A stretch of 64,000 nt of DNA from Paramecium tetraurelia (Eukaryota): assembly GCA_000165425.1 (NCBI GenBank), contig CT868085.1:186001-250000 (forward strand). The letters run 5' to 3'. Made by a program: the position numbers and the translations under genes. The notes under the pieces are model-generated. The model was not told the origin of the DNA. It saw nothing but the letters and a program-made list of their open reading frames with translations, and made no database searches. Below, one piece after another: positions 1 through 13,370 of this stretch; position 1 is the first letter of the stretch, and the number at the start of each line of letters is the position of its first letter.

Positions 1-216
1 ATTTGATAAAAATATAGATGAAAAATAATAATGATAGTTTTAAATTTTTAAATTCTATTTCTATCTTTTTTAATAGTTGCCATAATATTTACTGATAAAT
101 TTAAAGATTGAATCTTCTCTCAAAAATGAAGATGGGATGAATTAATAAATGAATAGCTAAGGAGTAATAATAAATATTAATATGTAAAATCTATTTCTAT
201 TTATTTTATTAATATT

Positions 217-2337
217 TCAATTCTAAAATAATTTTTATACTTTTAAAAAGAATTCTTTGGTTGTTTCAATGTTCTCTTAGTGATGCTCAACTTAGGATTC
301 AATAATTCCAGCAAATGTAGATTCGTATTCTTTAAGCTTGACTGATCCATCCTCTAGAATTATGTTTGGTTGCAATTCCAATCTTCTTGGGAACTTATTT
401 TAAATAAAAATGCTTCTATAATTGAGGAACTAGTCATTAACATCAGCCAAATTACTGAAGAATTGAACACCTTCATTTCCTGCTCCTATGGACTTGAAGA
501 CCTGCAAGTGTAATATTAAGTTAGAAATGGCTTTCTTACCAGTTGTGTATAATTTAGATTAATCAAATTTAACGTGCAGATATGGTTTACCGTTTAATTG
601 AGTTTCTGTGATTTTGATAATGTCTGGGTCCTCTCTAATTAGAGATTACAAGATGACATTTCTAGATAATGAATGTGCTTAGCCCCATTTCTTTTATTCT
701 GGATTATAAAATTCCAATCCTTAAATAGCTCTATAAACTATAGAGATCCACCCTGCAAAAACAATTTCCTTTCTTTCTTCTTCTGATCTGTTTGGTAACA
801 TCAATTTCACTACATCATCATAAGTTGTCAAATATAATGCAGTAGCATCAGCCTTACATTCTTCCATGGCTCCTGAGAATTCTCCAAATTTGCCATGCCA
901 TTATTCTCCAGGATTGTAGTATGAATCAACTTTCTTGTTTGTCAATGGATTGACTGTATTTTCAAGATTGAAATTTAAATTTCCCTCCTTATCTTTCATG
1001 AAGACTTTACCTGCACCATGACCTATCAATTCATGAAGAGCAATAACTAAGAAAATAGCTTCTGTTTAATATTTATAGAATATCTCTTATTCCGCTTGAT
1101 CCAAGAAGTTCATGGATTCCTTTGACAATTTTCCTAATGCATTGCCTATATTAACATTCTTAAACCCTTCTGTTTATCTAATATCATCATAATTAGGTAT
1201 GTTGATACCCGAAGGTGTACCAGAAGTAGCAAAGGCCAGAACTTCTAATGAAGTGAAATCTGGTCTTTTATATACATCAACTTCAAATTCTTTTGGCCAT
1301 GGTAAATACTTAATGATATCTTCAGCCTTGTCAACTAATCCATTTAAGAGAGCACTTTCTTCTTTGTTAACTACAGCCACAAAGCCTTCCCATTCAGCAC
1401 GAACTTTAAGTGGATCCAAATAGGTCTCAATGAACCCAATGTTAGTTTCAATGGCAGGTCCTTTATCCTTGATCCAATGTCTCTATGATTATTTATGCAA
1501 TTCGACATCTCCACTCTTGAAATGTTCAATGTATGCCTATATCATGTTCTTTTGATTATCATTCGAAGCATATTGGAGAGCAGCTGTCAGATGAGTTACG
1601 ACGCTATTAAGAAAAGGAGCGAAATCTCCATAAACCAATTTGACTTTGTGGTGATGTACTTCTCCTAGATCCTTCTCACCTTCATTAACGGAGGCTACTA
1701 ACACATGGATTTCATCTCCAACCTTAACAACTCTTGTGTTTAATTCAGATACTCCCTAAGCAATCAAGTATTTGTCGACAGCCTCCAACAATTCCCCACT
1801 CAAATTATTACTATAATATGAATTTGAACCGTTCTTATCTTATAAATCAATCAATCCATATGGTTTTTCGTAATTGTAGATATATTTACGAATACTATCC
1901 CAAACTTAATCAACTTAATATCCTGGAGATGTTGTAATGAATTGTTCAAACTTCTCCTAACTTACCTCAGGTACGAATTTGGAATCTCCAAAATTTTTGA
2001 AGTTGCCACAATTTTATAGAACAGCAGCAATATAGACAAATAATTATTGAACTTCGTCTTCACTCCACCCATTCTATAATAAACGCACTCTCACAGCTTA
2101 GGGTTTCTCAGTTGAAAAGATCTTATGGAAAATGTAGAACAAACCTGGTGACTCATAAGATCTTTGGAAGAAACAAATTTTTGCTCCTTCCCAAGAGGCT
2201 CTTGCAAAATGATATGCATAGAGTTTTTCGTCTTCATTAAGGCCCTATTGGATTCTTGATATATTTCATACCTTAAAACCTGGACTAACAAACTAATTAA
2301 TTGGGGAGTTCACTTAAATGACAGGAGCTTGATTCAT
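217..2337 (-). CDS. DPP3: Dipeptidyl peptidase III (M49 zinc metallopeptidase)
   Basis: Code-6 translation [32 protein letters not shown]; zinc motif [10 protein letters not shown] (~1010-1035) and EECKAD (~850-865); [18 protein letters not shown]; short GT..AG introns; TGA at 217-219. Confidence 0.95.
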
Positions 2338-2423
2338 AATTTATTTTTTTCACTTTAAGATTCAGTCGTAGTGATATATATAAAAACAAAAAAAATACAT
2401 AAGTATAATTAATTAATATATTT

Positions 2424-2852
2424 ATGTCGGAGGAATAGGCAGTTGATTTTACCTTTAGTAGTTTGCTACCTACAGCAGAGAAGTTAATGACATGGCTTAC
2501 ATACTCAACTGTAATTGGTTTAATATCGTTTCCCTTGATTGCATTGACCATTGACCAATAATTGTATTAAAAGTGATCTATATGCAGTGCTATTCATTTT
2601 TGGATCTTGACTTTACTTAATGCAGGATTGTTATTCACTTTGCTTTATTTGAAGGGCCAACTTAGTTAAATTGAAAGAGAGAAAAAAGAATTCACCTAAG
2701 ATGAATCCAAAAAGCCTTAAAAGAAGAAGAAGTCTCTGGAAAATGAAAAGGATAAGGTTGCTTAGAAGGCAAAGAAGGAATCATAAAAAAATAATACAAA
2801 GAATTTTAATAAATCATTAGGAAAGTAGAAATCATTCCAATAAAGAAAATGA
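2424..2852 (+). CDS. Small hypothetical membrane protein (2 TM segments, Lys-rich C-terminus)
   Basis: MSEEQAVDFTFSSLLPTAEKLMTWLTYSTVIGLISFPLIALT..; a 24-nt intron gtattaaaagtgatctatatgcag removes an in-frame TGA; ends ..QQRK TGA. Confidence 0.7.
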
Positions 2853-2883
2853 CTTAGTTGTTGTAAATAACATTATAATAAAA

Positions 2884-4003
2884 TCAATTAGGATGTACAA
2901 TTTTTTCAATAATTTATGAATCTTCTACTTAAAGACAATCAACCTCTGCAATTGTTTTAACTTCGCCTTCATCTTTTTAGTCCCTTTATATATTTATACT
3001 AATAATTATACTTGTCCTCCAAATTATCCACTTCAGGCATCAATCTCACAGGTTTCTTACATTTAATTTAATCTGGGACACTTCCTGTATGAAGCACAGT
3101 GACACCAAAGGTTCTATTAGCAAATAGTTTCTCAAATGATTGGATTTCAAAGATATCATCATAAAATTAGGTTGATTCCAAAAGGGCTGGTTAAACCAAC
3201 ACAATGGGATCAGTGATGTTTGAGGAAGCTAGATAGTAAAGTAGGCCTTGAGATTTGTCCTAGAAGGCAACATAATTCTTTTTGATTGATTTTCCATCAA
3301 GCAATGTGTTCTCTATAAATGATTAAAAATCTTTAAAAGCAGGATGGAATTCTTGGTTGTGTAATAAGAAGTAGTCTTCAAATTTGACCACTGTATAGTT
3401 GAGATTTAGGAATGGTTCTAATTTAAACAGGTTATCATCAGAAACATACAGTATTCCTGCAGAGTCTGGATGATGAATCAAAATGTAGGGTATTTCAAAC
3501 TGGGAATGGGAACTATTTTTTGGTTTATAGATGTTTGAGACTATGGTATTATTCTTAGATGTGCAAAATTGGCCATTTGATTCTTTGCATTCCTCCACAC
3601 AAGTTCCATTGAGGGAGAGATGGTAAGTTGGTTCACAAACAGAACAATAGGACGATTTTTCAACACTTAAGTAGCATCCAATGGGATTAGGTTCGCAGCC
3701 TTATTTAGTCCATGAGTGTTGTCGGTTGCATCCGAATGTAGTTTTGGTAGCATATTCAGCATGGATGGTGATTGGTGATTCATATGTAAGGTAGAAATAA
3801 AATAAGCCTGCAAAGAAGCAAAAGACTGCGAAGTAGAGGGACTTTTTGGTTGGCTGATCTTTTTGTTTACGATTCTATAAGCCTGTAGTTTCTAAACCTG
3901 GTCTCATATAGTTGTCGTCATCATCTAAGTCATCTAAATATATAGAATGGGTACCTGGCCCTTCAACTTCGAGTGGACCACGAAATTAAATGGATTCTGT
4001 CAT
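2884..4003 (-). CDS. Type II membrane protein with Cys-rich (furin/EGF-like) luminal segment, function unknown
   Basis: MTESIQFRGPLEVEGP..KKSLYFAVFCFFAGLFYFYL (TM), then CEPNPIGC..CSVCEPTYHLSLNGTCVEECK; long open code-6 frame; TGA at 2884-2886. Confidence 0.75.
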
Positions 4004-4014
4004 TAATTTATTTA

Positions 4015-4750
4015 ATGTCAAATCAATAGCAACTGAAAGAAGAGTTACAGTTGTATAGATCTTAATTAAGCAAATTGAGTGTGGAGAGAGATTAGGTATT
4101 GATCATATTGTCTAAATAGACAGTGTTTGAACTAAATAAAGTGATTAGATTAGTCGAGAGATTGCAGATTAAAATTACAGAAAAGGATGCCGAGATATTG
4201 ATGCTGCATACCTAATTGGATGAGTAGGAAAAATATCATTAAATACAATTGGAATAAGTCAAGTAAGTAATCTGTAAGATGAAATAAAAGATAGCATTAT
4301 GAGTATTTGAAGGAAAGTGCAATTGTTAGACTCAAGTCTGAAATGAATTTTGATTCTGAGATCATGACCAAGGAAATTCAGGAGACTAAGCAGTTGTACT
4401 AAGAAATCTTGGTAATGGAAGCCAAGCGGAAGTCATCCTGTTCTTAGGAGGAGACTCATTGTCAATCCATTAATGATTACTAGAAACTCTTTACTGAGAA
4501 ATAAGAATTATAGCAATTGGTTGATAAACTGTAGAGGGTGAAGGATAGTTAGGAATGTGATCAATCTGATGAGCTCATCTAGGAGATACAATATTTACGT
4601 GAATAACTGTAGAAATTGTACAACTTTATCCTTATATCTAGAACCATTGAATTAGAAACTGCCAAATAGACCATAAATGTTCTCCAAGTTCAAATTCTTA
4701 AATAGTAAGATTTATTGAAAGAATACTACTCTAACGACTTTCAGGGGTGA
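4015..4750 (+). CDS. Coiled-coil protein, unknown function
   Basis: MSNQQQLKEELQLYRSQLSKLSVERDQ..; two introns (24 and 28 nt) restore the frame; heptad-like E/Q/K/L composition; TGA 4748-4750. Confidence 0.75.
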
Positions 4751-4801
4751 TTCATCTGAATTAATTTTCCCATTTCTATAATAAAAATTTAATTTGAGAT
4801 T

Positions 4802-6896
4802 ATGAGCCAATTACAAGACTTAATTGATTTTTCTAATGAGGGTTTACCTTAAGAATATTTGAAAAAAGCATGCGAAGAATTTGAAAAGGCAAACAAAGAT
4901 GTCTTGGTTGACTAACCTAAATCAAATTTTATTTCCAATCTTAGTATCCTTCTCATTGGATTGCCAAAAGTCAAAGATGAAATGAAACAAAAACTTATTA
5001 CAGCACTCAAAGGATTTCTTAAGAAGAATAATTACATCTAATTTGTTGACATTGAACTGAATAATTTGGGTCAGGCTCTCCTATCATATGATAATGAAGA
5101 TCAAGCTCAATAGGCAGTAGAACAAATTAACAATCAAAATTTTGATGCAAAACATTAATTGCTAGCTTTTACTTAGAAATAAATTAATACTATTAATGAA
5201 ACTAAAGAATATATCCCAATTATTTTGAAATCCAGATAAGAATTGTTAGCATTTCATAAGGATCCAAGAGCAGCAGTCACAATCATTTAAGAAAAGTCCA
5301 AACTCTCACTCAAATGGTTGAATCCCCTGGAGAAGAAGTTAGAAGATAATGTCAATGAAAAGAAATTGCCACCATATGACAAATTGCAATGGTCACCTCT
5401 AGGATAATATTTGGTTTTATTCACAGAAAATGAATTCAGTCTCTACGGTGCCTAAGATATGGAATTATTACACAAATTTGAACACAAGAGAGTATCTGAA
5501 TTGTTATTCAGTCCAGATGAACTATATGTGATAAGTTATGATGGATTATAAGTAAAAATAGTTAATTTATATTTAAGCAATTTATTATTTGGAATATTAG
5601 AGAAGAGAGACAATTGAGATAGATTGTATAGGAACAATCCTCCATCAATTCTTTCAAGTTTAGAAAAGATAATAAGTTGTTAGCCTTCTAAGCACAAGAC
5701 GAGATTCAATTTTATGAAGCCCCAGAGTTCTATCAAAAAACTCAATTAAATCGTAAAGCTGTTGGAGTTAAACAAATTGAATGGGTTCCATAGACTAACT
5801 ATTTAGCTGTTGTTTGCTATGGTAAAGATATTAAAACTCAAATCTACTTGCATGATTATTAAAGGAATATTGATGTCAAGTGGAGAAATATTGCATTCGA
5901 AATTGAAAGTATTCAAATATTTGTACATACTTATGGCAAATGGGTTGCTACTTTGATTAAAAAGAAGTAGAAAAATAAGGTGTTTGCAACTACTCTTCAA
6001 GTTGGTAATTTGAGTAAAACTGATCCATTTGAAATTGATGAACATACTGTTAATGAGGATGTTGAAAATATATTCACAGAACTCAATACTGGAAAATTTG
6101 CATTATCTTACAGAGAAAAAGATAAACAATAAAAACCAACTTAACAATTCACTTTCCATCTCTACTCAGTTTTAGAAGATCCAAAAAAAGGAATCAAATT
6201 ATGTCAACTTGGAGATCAGAAAGGAAAAGACACAAACGAGTTGTTATGGGCATCCAATGGAGTAATAAATAATATATACTTAGAGTTATTTTGCCATGGT
6301 CAATAAAACCAAAAATTCCCCTGATCAAGGAAAAGTTGAATTTGGGCAAATTTCTAAAAAGAATGAATAATTAGTAACTGAAATCACTAAATCTACAAAT
6401 CATTTTTATATGAGTCATGCTTAATGGGATCCAACAGGAATTGTAATCTAAATTTCTTATTTTAAGCACTTTATAACAATGAGTGATTTATGGCATAGTG
6501 TTAACATTTGGAGTTCTATAGGAGAATAATTAGTCAAAGATACTATCACCAAGGTTACAGATATCCACTGGAGAAATAAACCAATCCATATTTTACCATA
6601 TAAGGAAGAATAAGAACTATAAAATAACTCTAAATAATTTACCAAGAAGTATGAGAATGAAGATGATAAAATTCTCAATAAAGCTAAACATGAAAAAGAA
6701 CAAAAGAAAAAGGAAATGTTAAATCAAGTATCCATTTTAATAACCATTTTAGTTCACTCAATATCTCAACGAAAAGAGAAAAATTTATGATGACAAAAAA
6801 GAAATAAGAAAGAAGTTGCAAGGTTGGGATGAAGAGGATCCAAATAGCTATGTTTCTTATAAAAAAGTAATTAAAGAAGAAGTAGTAAATTCATGA
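4802..6896 (+). CDS. EIF3B: Translation initiation factor 3 subunit B
   Basis: N-terminal RRM (ILLIGLPKV..QALLSYDNEDQAQQAVEQINN), then eIF2A-type propeller motifs QWSPLGQYL, FSPDELYVISY, QWDPTG, IHWRNKP, and a C-terminal helix KKYENED. Confidence 0.88.
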
Positions 6897-7158
6897 TGTA
6901 TATCTTAAATAAGAATAATATTATTTATGTTTCTTAAATCAATTAAAATATATTGAAAAACTAATAGTTTTAGCTAATTTAATCTGAAGTTTTGAATTAA
7001 TCAATCTTTACAAATAAATTATATTTAAAAATAATATTGAAGAAGAAATTGGATTAATAAGGACTTTCTTTTTAAGATAATGATTATATGATACAAAGCG
7101 TAATATCAAAAAAAATAACTTAAAATAGTATAAAAATTAATATAAATTATCTGCACAA

Positions 7159-7850
7159 ATGTTGGGAAAAATTTTAGAATAATTAAAATTGTTTGTTGAA
7201 TCAAAAATTGATGCTAACTCAACATAATATGGATTTTAAGTAACATGGAAAATTTAAATTCAGGAATTCTAATAAACTCGATTTTACCTATAAGTTCTAA
7301 TTAATTAAATTTAGACCAAATGACATTGACTTTTTTTTTTACGTTGAGCCATTTACCAATAGATTTTTTAAAACTAATTGATTCTTGATTTCAATATTTT
7401 AGATAAAAAAGAAATTAGAAATTTTAAAGAATTTCTTGGTAGTTCTTAATTGACTAAATAGTTTTCAGATAACAATATCTACACCAAAAATATATCTGTA
7501 GAGGATTATCTCAACACTTTTTCCTGCATAAATACTTCAAAATTAGACTTTTTTAACCTATGATGCAGTAGATAATACATTTAAGAAATTTACTTATTGG
7601 CATGATATGCAAACAATTATTAAATTAGTATAATACACTTTTTTCCAAATGCATTCTTAATTAGGTATCTTGTCACGTGTTGAGGGAACTAATGGATTAG
7701 AATGTTTTTTGATAGTGATTCAAAAAGAAATTATTTCAAGTTTGGATTTACGTAATTAGTAATATGCAAAAACAAGTTTACCCTCTAGATTTCTTGACAA
7801 TTGGCACCTCCAAAGTTTTTGGTATATAAATTAAATTAAATCTTCTGAAA
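7159..7850 (+). CDS. Possible hypothetical protein or gene relic (boundaries uncertain)
   Basis: MLGKILEQLKLFVESKIDANSTQYGFQVTW.. open in code 6 with a candidate tiny intron; no recognisable domain. Confidence 0.3.
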
Positions 7851-7881
7851 GAGATATTATTAAACTTAAATCAAATTATTA

Positions 7882-8682
7882 ATGATAAAAATATTCTTCA
7901 TATATCTTATTTTGGTTTAAGTATTTGGAGATGTGATTATTAATTTGGATCTTCAATATTAGTGTGATTGCGAATCATTATTGTATGCATCAGAATGTAA
8001 AATGAAGAAATGTGAATGGACTAATGATGGGAAATGTACAACTATTGCATGTGAAGAGCATTTAGATAGAAATTCGTGTAAATCAAATCTAAATTGTGCT
8101 TGGTATTAAGATAAATGTAGTACTTTCACATAATGTTCTTCATATAAAGTTGATTCCTCAATAGATTGTGAAAATTTGAGTAGTACTTGTCATTGGAGTA
8201 CATTTAACACATGTGTAGATCATGAGCCAAGTTTAACTTGTTAAGAACTTTAACATTTAAATTGTGATGTTGGTAAATAAGGAAAGTGTATAGAAATTTA
8301 AGGCATATGCAAAGAATTTACAACATGTGAAGATGCTGCGAAGAATGAAGCATTGTGTAAATAAGCATCTCCAGCTTGTTATAGTACTTTTATTGATGGA
8401 AATCATTATTGTCCATCCATTATGACATGTAAAGATTAGTTGTAATTTGGTTGTGTTAAGGCAAAAAACAGAATAAATGGTTACGAATACACTGTTTGTG
8501 AAAAAGAATCAGAAGAATAGTGCAAGAATTGGGATATAGCAACTGCAAATTTGGAATCATGCGTAACCAAAACTAATTATAATTATCATTGGGTTGATAA
8601 TGAATGTAAAAAATGTGAATAGTCTCCTCCATTAGCAGGCTTCCTAATTTCTTCTTTCCTAATTTGGATTTTAATGGAATGA
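7882..8682 (+). CDS. Cys-periodic surface 'mini-antigen'-type protein, predicted GPI-anchored
   Basis: Signal peptide MIKIFFIYLILVQVFG; periodic Cys with CxW motifs (CEW, CAW, CHW); C-terminal hydrophobic tail AGFLISSFLIWILME*. Confidence 0.85.
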
Positions 8683-9062
8683 TATCGAATATAAATATAC
8701 ATTATTAATAAAATTGTTAATAGATATAGAGATATCGATTAGATTAATACGTAAGTATTATTATCAAATTTTAAAAATTTAATTAGAATTCTTGTTAAAT
8801 GGAGAACAAACAACCTAAATAGAACCTGTTTAATCTAGTTATATCACTATTATAATATTCTATCAGAAGAACTTACCAATTTTTATTTTTACATTGTAGG
8901 TCCAACGGTATAACATTATTTATGCAATCGTCTTAAATAAGGCTTTTGAAATCGTTATAAATAATAAGGGTTGTAATTTAATTTTCTTTATCATTCAGTT
9001 GAGAATAAACTCTTAAATTATAAATTTATTGATAACTAATTTGATTATATTCATAATTATCA

Positions 9063-11178
9063 TCAATTGATTTGATTTCCTCCGACTATTCTTTTTGGAT
9101 GTACAAAATTTAAATACTATTTCTTTTATGACCTCATACTCAACAATCCTGATATTTATAAATTCTTTTTCATTCTATGCTCATTTGATAATGGTTGAAT
9201 TTCTGTTAAATGATGTTATTTAGGTTAAAATCGATTTTATACATTTCTATACGACGCTTAAATTACTTGCTGAATTTCTTTAGCCTTCTTAGCAGGATTC
9301 TCAGCTTTGTAGGCTTATTAATACATCAATGATAACACTAAATTATCCTTTGGAACTCGAGGCAATTTACTAATAGATTCTAACACTGTGTTCAGAGATT
9401 AAGGTTAAGGTCCTACTAGATGTAAGGAAGGATGCAGAGATGGAAGAGTAATCTTTTGCTAACTCTCCCTTTTGATTATGACAGATGATCTATTCGAGCT
9501 TAATTTAAGATCAACGCTATTTTCATTTAAAGGACTTGTAGTCGAATTGTTGTCATAGTTAATACTTGTGTTTGTTGGTTATTTATTTTGATTTTGGTTT
9601 CTTATGCATTATGAGTCCTATTCACAAATAACCATTTAAGGTTTCTTTAATAATTTAGCTTAGTATTGTTGGAGTGTGTTACTATACACTCTTTACAGAA
9701 GATTATGACTATCATTATTAGAGTTTTTTAAATCCTTTAGATTCGAATCAGTCAGATTTTAAAATACTTTGATTTGACTTAATTTCTAACCTTGAGACTC
9801 TATCAGCTTCTTATTTAAAATGGATTTTGCAAGTAAATTAGGTTTATTTGCATTATCATCTTAAGCAGCTTCATAAACCTAATGAATATTAATTGTATTG
9901 TACTTCATCTCTTGGATTAATTGATTTTTAAACAGCATTACAAATTAATTACCAATGCTTATAAATAACACCTGAGTGTTTTTTCATATTTTCATAAGTT
10001 CCATAACTACCTAAATTATCAAAAAATATTCGTTTTCTGATCCTATAACAGTTGACTCTTGGTGAAATCACTTTGGCTTTTGTGTACCTATTAATTTTCA
10101 TCATGATCTCCACCTCTCCAAAATTTTGGAATTCCCCATATGAAGACAAAATTATGGACTTCTTTTTTACTTATTTCAACAACTCAATTTCCCCACTGAT
10201 TATAAAGTATATATATTTAGTTTTCTCCCCCTCTTCATAGACTACCTCTCCTGCCTTCATGGTGACCAATTTGCTCTCCAATACTATACCCATATAATCC
10301 TCTGGGTCGATATTTTGAAAGAGTGGAGTCTATCCAAAATATTAAATTTTCTTATCTAAAGCAATACTTAAATAGGGACTTAAATATTCTAGATAAGCAG
10401 TCTCATTTAAGTAGAGTAAGTGAGTATCTTCTAATGTAAACACTGTCGATGATCTTGCTGTGTCCAATTTTATGGCTGCTTCTCCAAAAGAACTAAAATT
10501 TAATATAGTTATGCATACTCTCCTTAAAATAGGATTTTTAAAATTATGTAATCTGGAAAGAGAATCTTTAGGCCAAATGGATCATCATCGTTTTTTCCCT
10601 GAGATTTTTATTACAAATTATCATCAAATTCTATTTTACTGGACCCCACCATCTTTAATTTCGGTTTCATCACTACTACCTTCCCTTCTAGTATAATATA
10701 AAACTTTTTGTTCTGATCTCCCTATCGATACACTGGATTTAAGGCTGGCACAAATTCATATCTCATAATTGTTTATGAAAAATTACCTGAGTTCTGAGTA
10801 AATTCTTCCCATCAATTCTGGAGGCACTTCCGAACGTATCTCCTTTATTTTCTTCAAGTTTCCTAATTGGTCAATCAAAATTGGAGATGTGGGAATAATT
10901 AGATCATTAAGAGAACGGACACTTTTAATTTTAGAAATTTTTTTCTTTTAAATTGAACTTAATTTCATTTCAACATTGGGTCTATTTTTCAATTCTTCCT
11001 TCACCAAATCTATATCAACTAATTTCTTAAATTTTTTGTGTTCTTTTTAATTTTCATGTATTTATTATAATCTCTATTTCTATTCTTCATTATCTGAATC
11101 AGACTCTATCTAATTCTACAAAAATTCAAAATTCGGCTTTGCAGATATTGCAAATGTTGATTAAACGAAGGATGTCAT
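9063..11178 (-). CDS. Tandem cyclic-nucleotide-binding domain protein
   Basis: Phosphate-binding-cassette-like motifs SFGEAAIKLDTARSSTV and NFGEVEIMMKINRYTKAKV; YIYLIISGEVE; low-complexity C-terminus; TGA 9063-9065. Confidence 0.85.
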
Positions 11179-11399
11179 ATGCTAGACCTATTATAATTAT
11201 TTTTGGATAATAATATTTATAGATTTAAAATGTATTTTTTGTCTGATAAATAACTTAAGAAAATAAGTATTTTAAATCAAAATTTCGTAATTCTTAGTAG
11301 ATAGTATCAGATGTTTAAGTTTCTATGATCAATGATTCTCTACATCATTGCTAATTTGAATTAACAACAATGAATTTAACAACTATAAAAAATTAATAT

Positions 11400-11407
11400 A
11401 AAAAAAA
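11400..11407 (-). terminator. Pol III oligo-T terminator of 5S copy 1
   Basis: T8 run on the minus strand immediately after the 5S 3' end. Confidence 0.85.
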
Positions 11408-11527
11408 GGGTTGTCAACACGAGGACTTCCCAAGCGGTCCCCCACCTTAGTACTAACCTCGCCTTAAGCCGCTTAACTTCGGAGTTCGAATGGGATCCGG
11501 TGCTTTAGGCTTAGTATGGCCGACAAC
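11408..11527 (-). rRNA. 5S rRNA (copy 1)
   Basis: Reverse complement GTTGTCGGCCATACTAAGCC..GATCCCATTCGAACTCCGAAGTTAAGC..GTTAGTACTAAGGTGGGGGACCGCTTGGGAAGTCCTCGTGTTGACAACCC; 120 nt, paired termini, box A/C-like sequences. Confidence 0.97.
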
Positions 11528-11563
11528 GATATTTACTATATGCTTCTCCTTTTAAACCCAAGG
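11528..11563 (-). promoter_or_regulatory. Conserved 5' flank of 5S gene (candidate Pol III upstream element)
   Basis: 36 nt identical to 13242-13277 (sense CCTTGGGTTTAAAAGGAGAAGCATATAGTAAATATC); identity stops beyond it. Confidence 0.55.
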
Positions 11564-11619
11564 GTTATCCAATCAGAATAAAGAATTTATAAACCAAATT
11601 TTATTCAATTAATAAATAT

Positions 11620-12045
11620 ATGAAATTGAGGTAAATTCAATATTTGTTTTCTTAATACCATATTGGAAAATTATTCAAATTGGAAAGAATATTTACAGAA
11701 GAAGATGTTAGAAATTACGCCAATCTCATTAAAGATTTCAATCCTATTCATCTTGATAAATATGCTGCTTCTTAATCCATCTTTAAAGAACGCGTTGTTC
11801 ATGGAATGTTATCAGCAAGCCTTTTCTCTACGTTGGTGGGTACTAATTTTCCTGGGTGCATTTATTTAGAGCAATCTATAAATTTTAAAGCTCCTATATT
11901 TCTTGATGAACAAATATTAGCTTAAGTGCTAATACAAGATATCAAACATACAAAAGGTAGATAGATTTTGAAATTGAATACTACTATTGAAAAAATGGAT
12001 TAGAAAATTGCAGTAACAGGATAAGCAACAATTTTAATTAATTGA
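11620..12045 (+). CDS. MaoC-like hotdog (R)-specific enoyl-CoA hydratase / HTD2-like dehydratase
   Basis: Intronless; FTEEDVRNYANLIKDFNPIHLD..VVHGMLSASLFSTLVGTNFPG..QSINFKAPIF carries the hydratase-2 D-x-N-P-I-H motif. Confidence 0.9.
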
Positions 12046-13121
12046 TTTAATTAGTTCTATAAAACATATTTACAATATTATTTACATTTATAACTTAAAT
12101 AATAAAGTTCATAATATGCTGTTTCTCTTAATGAGCAACAAAAATGTCACATCATCTAATTTACAAAGTCTAAAGCTCAACGTGCAAATGCATCTATCTT
12201 CATTAATTAGTAATCTAATATTTTATAAAGCTAATAAAAAGTATCATTAGAAAATAATCATATCTTTGTTATTAAATTACTTCGACTTAGAAATTCTTAT
12301 AAAATTCCTGATTTAATAAATATTTAATATATAACAGAAGTTTTTACTTATTTATAATTCAAAAAAAAGTAGCAATAATCATGATTAATTATTAAACTCT
12401 TTATCTTCTAAATCTTAAAGAAAATGTTAGTATTGCTTGTAATTTCTATCATCGGAGAATGGATTAAAAATAATTAATGGTTTTATTCTGATACGTGATT
12501 ATTGAGCAGGAAGAATGTTAGCAATTTTGTATTCTCTCTTAAAAGATTTGAGTCTCGCTTTTTGTAAGAGATAATTTTGCTTACTAAAGTAGTTTACTTA
12601 ACCACTATAAATTCAAGCCAGTCTACTCATTATAATATGACAAAGGATAATTTGACTTTTTATTTGATACAATTGGTTATAAAATTCTGAAAATCTTAAT
12701 TGGCAGATGTCAAAGCAGTAAGTGTTTGGAAATTCACCAATTAACCCTAAATGAATATAAGATCTTCAATCTTCTGCTTTAGGTTATAATAGATAATTTT
12801 TTTGATAAAATAGAATAATAAATTTATTATTTGAAGATATATTAATAATCTTAATGAGCTTGCTTTAAATATATGACATTTTGTTAAAGCTTCCTTAAAG
12901 AAACTGTAATTTGAGTTGAATAATTTAAAGATATTAATTATTATTTAGGAAAGATACGAGAAACTATAACAACTAAATAGGTTATAAGAAAATTAAAATA
13001 TATAACTAATACTGCATCTTTGTAAATTGTTTATTATGATAGGATTAGAGTTTTTGACAAGAATTATAATATATTTTTAATTAAAAATATAATTATGTAT
13101 TATAATTTAATATAAAAAAAA

Positions 13122-13241
13122 GGGTTGTCAACACGAGGACTTCCCAAGCGGTCCCCCACCTTAGTACTAACCTCGCCTTAAGCCGCTTAACTTCGGAGTT
13201 CGAATGGGATCCGGTGCTTTAGGCTTAGTATGGCCGACAAC
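13122..13241 (-). rRNA. 5S rRNA (copy 2)
   Basis: Identical to copy 1, 1714 nt away; followed by a T8 terminator at 13114-13121. Confidence 0.97.
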
Positions 13242-13370
13242 GATATTTACTATATGCTTCTCCTTTTAAACCCAAGGCTATTTAATAGAAGAAGAAAAAT
13301 TTATACAAAAAAAATTACAATTAATATAAGCAATTTCTGCAAAAATTTAAGACAACAAACATAAAAATTA

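Noticed and set aside
11408..13241. Direct repeats flanking a gene, suggesting a composite transposon or LTR element
   Set aside because: The repeats are 5S rRNA genes; no transposase, reverse transcriptase or target-site duplication seen
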